A stretch of 64,000 nucleotides of DNA. Origin: Utricularia gibba (taxonomy: Eukaryota; Plantae; Magnoliophyta). Positions 59,920 through 64,000 of this stretch are shown here, one piece after another; the stretch's first letter is position 1, and each line of letters begins with the position of its first letter. The stretch lies in the NCBI GenBank assembly GCA_002189035.1, contig NEEC01000014.1, forward strand, positions 2,728,001-2,792,000. Direction: 5' to 3'. The notes beneath the pieces are model-generated. The model was not told the DNA's origin. It did no database searches and saw only the letters and a list, made by a program, of their open reading frames with translations. A program made the translations under genes and the position numbers.

Positions 59920-62900
59920 TTCCAACACATGGGCGAGCTTATTAACCCAACGACTATTATACAGAACTCAAACCTTTCTTTTATAACTATCTTTGACATC
60001 ATATCAGATTTAATTTTCTTTGTATGAATCTTTTTTAAGTGTACATGCTTTTCCTCTAGAACATTCATAATCTAATGATAACAATGATCAATATACGTTG
60101 ATCTTGAATAAAATGAAGCATGTCAGACAAGATAAATAGCATATAAACTATTAAACAATAGCTTATACTTCTCGTGCTTTACATAAATTTCTCTACAAAA
60201 CTTCTTCATTCATACTATTTTCTTAAAAGTTTTAATAACTATAATATATTCTACTTCTATTGAAAATAGAATAACAAACTTTTATAATCTTGTTTGTCAA
60301 GATACAAATCTCATTGTGAATGTAATCAAATATCTTGATGTTGATTTTTTACTATTAATATCACTAGCTAAGTCAACATCTATATATATCCTTTCAACAA
60401 GCTCCTCATTTTCAAAAGTATAAATACATGCTTAAAGATCCTTGTATATATCTGAAAATTTATTTTACTAAAAACTAATGGTACTTTATTGGACCAAACA
60501 AAAATCTACTCATAACTCTAACTACATAAGCGATACTTGATCTGATACATACCATGGCATACATCAAACTCCCAACAACTGATAAATATGTGATAAACGG
60601 AAATTTTACACATTGTTAAAAATGTAAATTCATGTATCAAATAAAATTTATAAACCTAATACACACTCAATCATAAAACAAATACAAGTATAGTAGATCA
60701 GGATCGAATATAAGGAGCTATATTTTTGCTATGTAAAAGCTAATGCATTATGTTTTTTTCACGTTTGAAGATTAAGTTTAAGATAATACTAATTTTGTTC
60801 TATGATCAAATACAATAAAACAAAGCAATAAACTAATGAACTCAGTTGTTTCCTAGAAAGAAATAAAGTGATGCCTTGAGATTGTTAGGGATAATATACT
60901 AATTACTACAACTATTTCACCCAAATCATAAATCATTCACCTATTATACATAGGTTCAAGTCTAACTAAAACCTTGTTTTTCCTTAATTTTTTATCTACC
61001 TTTAATTAGGATTGTTTATGATGAAAATCATACTTACCCCTCTTGAATCTATCATGGTTTGTTAAAGAAATAGTGTGATTATGCAGTAAGTGTGGTTTAG
61101 TAAACAATGACCTTGCTTATCCTTCTTTGTCATAAGACACCACTTTATACTTAGTTATTCATAAAAAAGAAAAATAAAACTAATGCATAGAACATCATCA
61201 TCCATATATTCATGTCACAACTCAACAAAAAGACAATAAACAATAGCACGAAAGCAAATTAGTTTTCAACAAAACACTAAAATCGTATTCCTAATCTACT
61301 CCACACTTTGAGTAATATTCTTTATAAACAGAGGAAATCTTCAAAATTAAGTTTTGTTCCTAGTTTTGTCTCCTTTGTTTTTTTGGATTCTTCTATAATT
61401 TTCTCTCAATCTCTCCCACCCCCCACTCCCCCCCCTCCCAAGAATTGTTGCATGTTGTTCAAAGTGGTCTCCCTATTCTCTTTCTTCATCATATTTAAAA
61501 TTCATTTTTTTTACCTCCTTAGGATTTGATGTCTTCTATTTTTCAACTTTTGTATCATCCTCCTTCCATCTTCAATGTACACTTTCGTTTCATAGGGATT
61601 TGCATTATAGATAACGTGGTGCATTGCTCAAAGAAGGTGATTAAAACAAAGATTGTAATTAAATCCAGGATTTAATCCCAATTTAGAATAAAAACACATA
61701 AATACGTTGCTAACTGCAAAATCACAAAAATGTTTAATAAAATTCAAGTCTCATAATATAATGTTACTCATTTATTAGTGCTAAAACACTGAAAACCATG
61801 TGTTATTACATTATTTTACAACAATATTAGATTTGTCTACACATTTTAATTGTGTGTTGGTTTTTAAGACATGGGGTATCATCGTTTTTATGTGATGCTT
61901 TTCTAACCCTCATTTCCATGCCCTGCTTTTTTTGAATTTTTCGACAACCAGCATCCATGAACTAACAACATATGTTAGTTCACATAAAAAAATCTCAAAT
62001 TCACAAATCAGACTCCATCGCACATGTTGCTATCTTACGAAAATAATCAGACTAAATCATGCTCACAGGTGTACAAACAGCTATAGCAAAATTCATGCAT
62101 CCTATACATTATGGAAAACATCACACATGTGTATGCAAATTCCTTAGTTTACAAAATTCTCTTAATCCTAATACCAAGATACAAAATTATTCTTAACTTA
62201 GACTAACAACAAGGAAATAAAAATAAAAATAAAAAAAGCAAATGCAGCAGTTGTTACTTGACCAATGAGGAGTCTTTCACTCTGTGTTTCAATTCCTTCA
62301 CTTTTCGTAACAAATCCCCAAGCCTATCATAAACCATGTCTATCCTTTCCTTACACTAGCATTTCTTCTCATTTTTCAATTTTTCTAGGCCTTGAGAGGT
62401 GCTTCCTTTTTTCCTTCTATTGAGGTGCATTCTCACAAAACCCTGCTAGAGGCCTAAAAACAAAACCTCCTCCTCTAATTTGAATTAGTCCAACAATTTT
62501 AAGAAAGTGTGCATTAAAAGGAGATAATTTCATTTTCACATGGAAGACTCTAACTCAAAAATTTATCAGAGCATAACTTTTGAGCAAGAAGAGTGATAAC
62601 ATTATTGAACCAAAGATGGTTTATAGTATTCTTCCGATAACCTTTATTCATCTGTTCCACTAAAATCGCTCTTAGATTCAAAGATTTCTTGTGCAGCAAG
62701 CTCCACATGACAAACAATTCATGTTTATACAAAGAATTAAATCCTAATGTTCTTTTGAAAAGCACAGCAGAAATAAGCAAGTGAACATATTGTATAGTAG
62801 GATTTGTGACTAGATCAGCTTTCATCCCCGTAGATTTAAATTGTATAACATGTTAATTTGTTAAAATTCCATATATATCCTCAGCATCGAAATCATCAGG

Positions 62901-64000
62901 ATAATCAAATAGGGAAGTAGCAAATTCATGCAATTCAACATGTTGTTTTGAACAAAATCCTAAAAGTACATTCTATTCAACAATTGAAAATAAAAAATCA
63001 TTTCTTAACATTCTAAAGGGAATTTCCTCTGGCGTAAGCACAGTTTTTGGCTTTCATAACAGAAAGTGGAAACAAATTCATACATCAATTTAGCGTAAGA
63101 AGGATGGTTCAAATCACACAAAGTAAACATCATAAAATTTTCTAGAATTGAATCAACATCGATGACTAAATTCCACCAATATTTTGAAATTTTTATGCTC
63201 CTGTTTCTTTAGCTTTTCTCATTTGGCTACTGTCATTGGCAACTTCTTTGCTAGATTTTGTAGTGGTGGTACCCTGATGTTGGCGTTTTGCAGACATGTT
63301 GCGTAAGATTCTTTTCTACAATTCTCAAGGAAAAGGTGAGAGATTTGAAAGAGGTGAATGTTATAAAATTCAAGTTTTATAACATAATGTTATTCATTTA
63401 CTAGTCCTAACACATTAAAAACATGTGTTATCAATATGGAATGTTCATCATAGCTTTTTGTTCTTCATTGATTGATAGACATTACTTATTGCTCAACTTA
63501 AAATGATGAACAAGAGGATAGCTAATTGTAGTGACTTTTATCACATTGAACTTTTCAAGCATCTTCTCAATGTACTATTCTTTAGACAGTCATATCTTCT
63601 TGATATTTCTATTACTGATGATTCTCATGCCAAGAATCTTGGTTTGTTGGTCCCAAGTCTTTCATCGAGAATTCCTTATTCATATCTTTCTTCAAGTATA
63701 ATGATTAATAATCAGCATCTCACCAGCATTGAGCAACAATATCTCAGTCATCATTCGTGAACTTTTTGAAGAACATACAACGGTGAGCACTTTATCTTTT
63801 GGAAGAAATGCTTCTCTATGACCAAGGCAATCTTCTTGTATCACTATTTCAAAGCTTGTTTCAATCTATACAAACTTTTATGCAATTTACAATTATATTT
63901 CTTTTTTTATTTTTCCACAAAGCCTTCAAATTGTTCTTTATAAATGTCTTCTTCTACATCTTCATTTAAGACCATCATCTTTGTATCCATTTGCTCAATC
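59920..64000 (-). mobile_element. Very decayed Ty1/copia remnant (RT/RNase H at about 59920-60590, continuing beyond 63434) interrupted by an Athila-like element; left end approximate
   Basis: A PPT-like TCTCCCC at about 59910 and degenerate Copia pol-like peptides (for example KSTSRY) on the minus strand. Confidence 0.5.
60591..63433 (-). mobile_element. Deleted Athila-like element: 3' LTR 60591-61808, env-like ORF remnant about 62550-63297, about 75 bp of 5' LTR at 63360-63433
   Basis: Perfect TSD ATATG encloses the whole unit. The two LTR starts align for about 75 bp. The ORF NPTIQYVHLLISAVLFKR...ELFVMW resembles the Athila env-like ORF. Confidence 0.82.

Overview
Plant (eudicot-like) nuclear DNA. 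Genes have mostly very short introns and sit in two dense islands. The first (0.4-7.8 kb) holds the RBX1 3' end, an SBT1.8-like subtilase, a LURP-one-related gene, an unnamed conserved gene and a TIFY/JAZ gene. The second (54.7-59.1 kb) holds a CYCD7-like cyclin, a TPR-like protein gene and a FIP-like DnaJ-type zinc-finger gene. CPN20 (30.2-31.6 kb) and GID4 (39.6-41.3 kb) stand alone. Most of the remainder is decayed, internally deleted and nested LTR retrotransposons (Copia, Tat, Athila-like, chromovirus, a TRIM), seven solo LTRs with recognisable 5-bp TSDs, and a PIF/Harbinger remnant. I found no intact autonomous element. The most unusual observation is a chimeric LOB-domain plus F-box pseudogene carried antisense inside a non-autonomous Copia element within a three- to four-level nest. 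Second, the outermost Copia LTR of that nest appears to begin exactly at the GID4 stop codon. Other points: an intron in a normally intronless SBT1-type gene, a JAZ with a degenerate Jas degron, and two GC-AG introns in one gene. Four frameshifts in three otherwise intact genes are all single-base losses in homopolymer runs and are probably assembly errors. All coordinates and alignments were done by eye. Family assignments and Arabidopsis locus identifiers are recalled, not searched.
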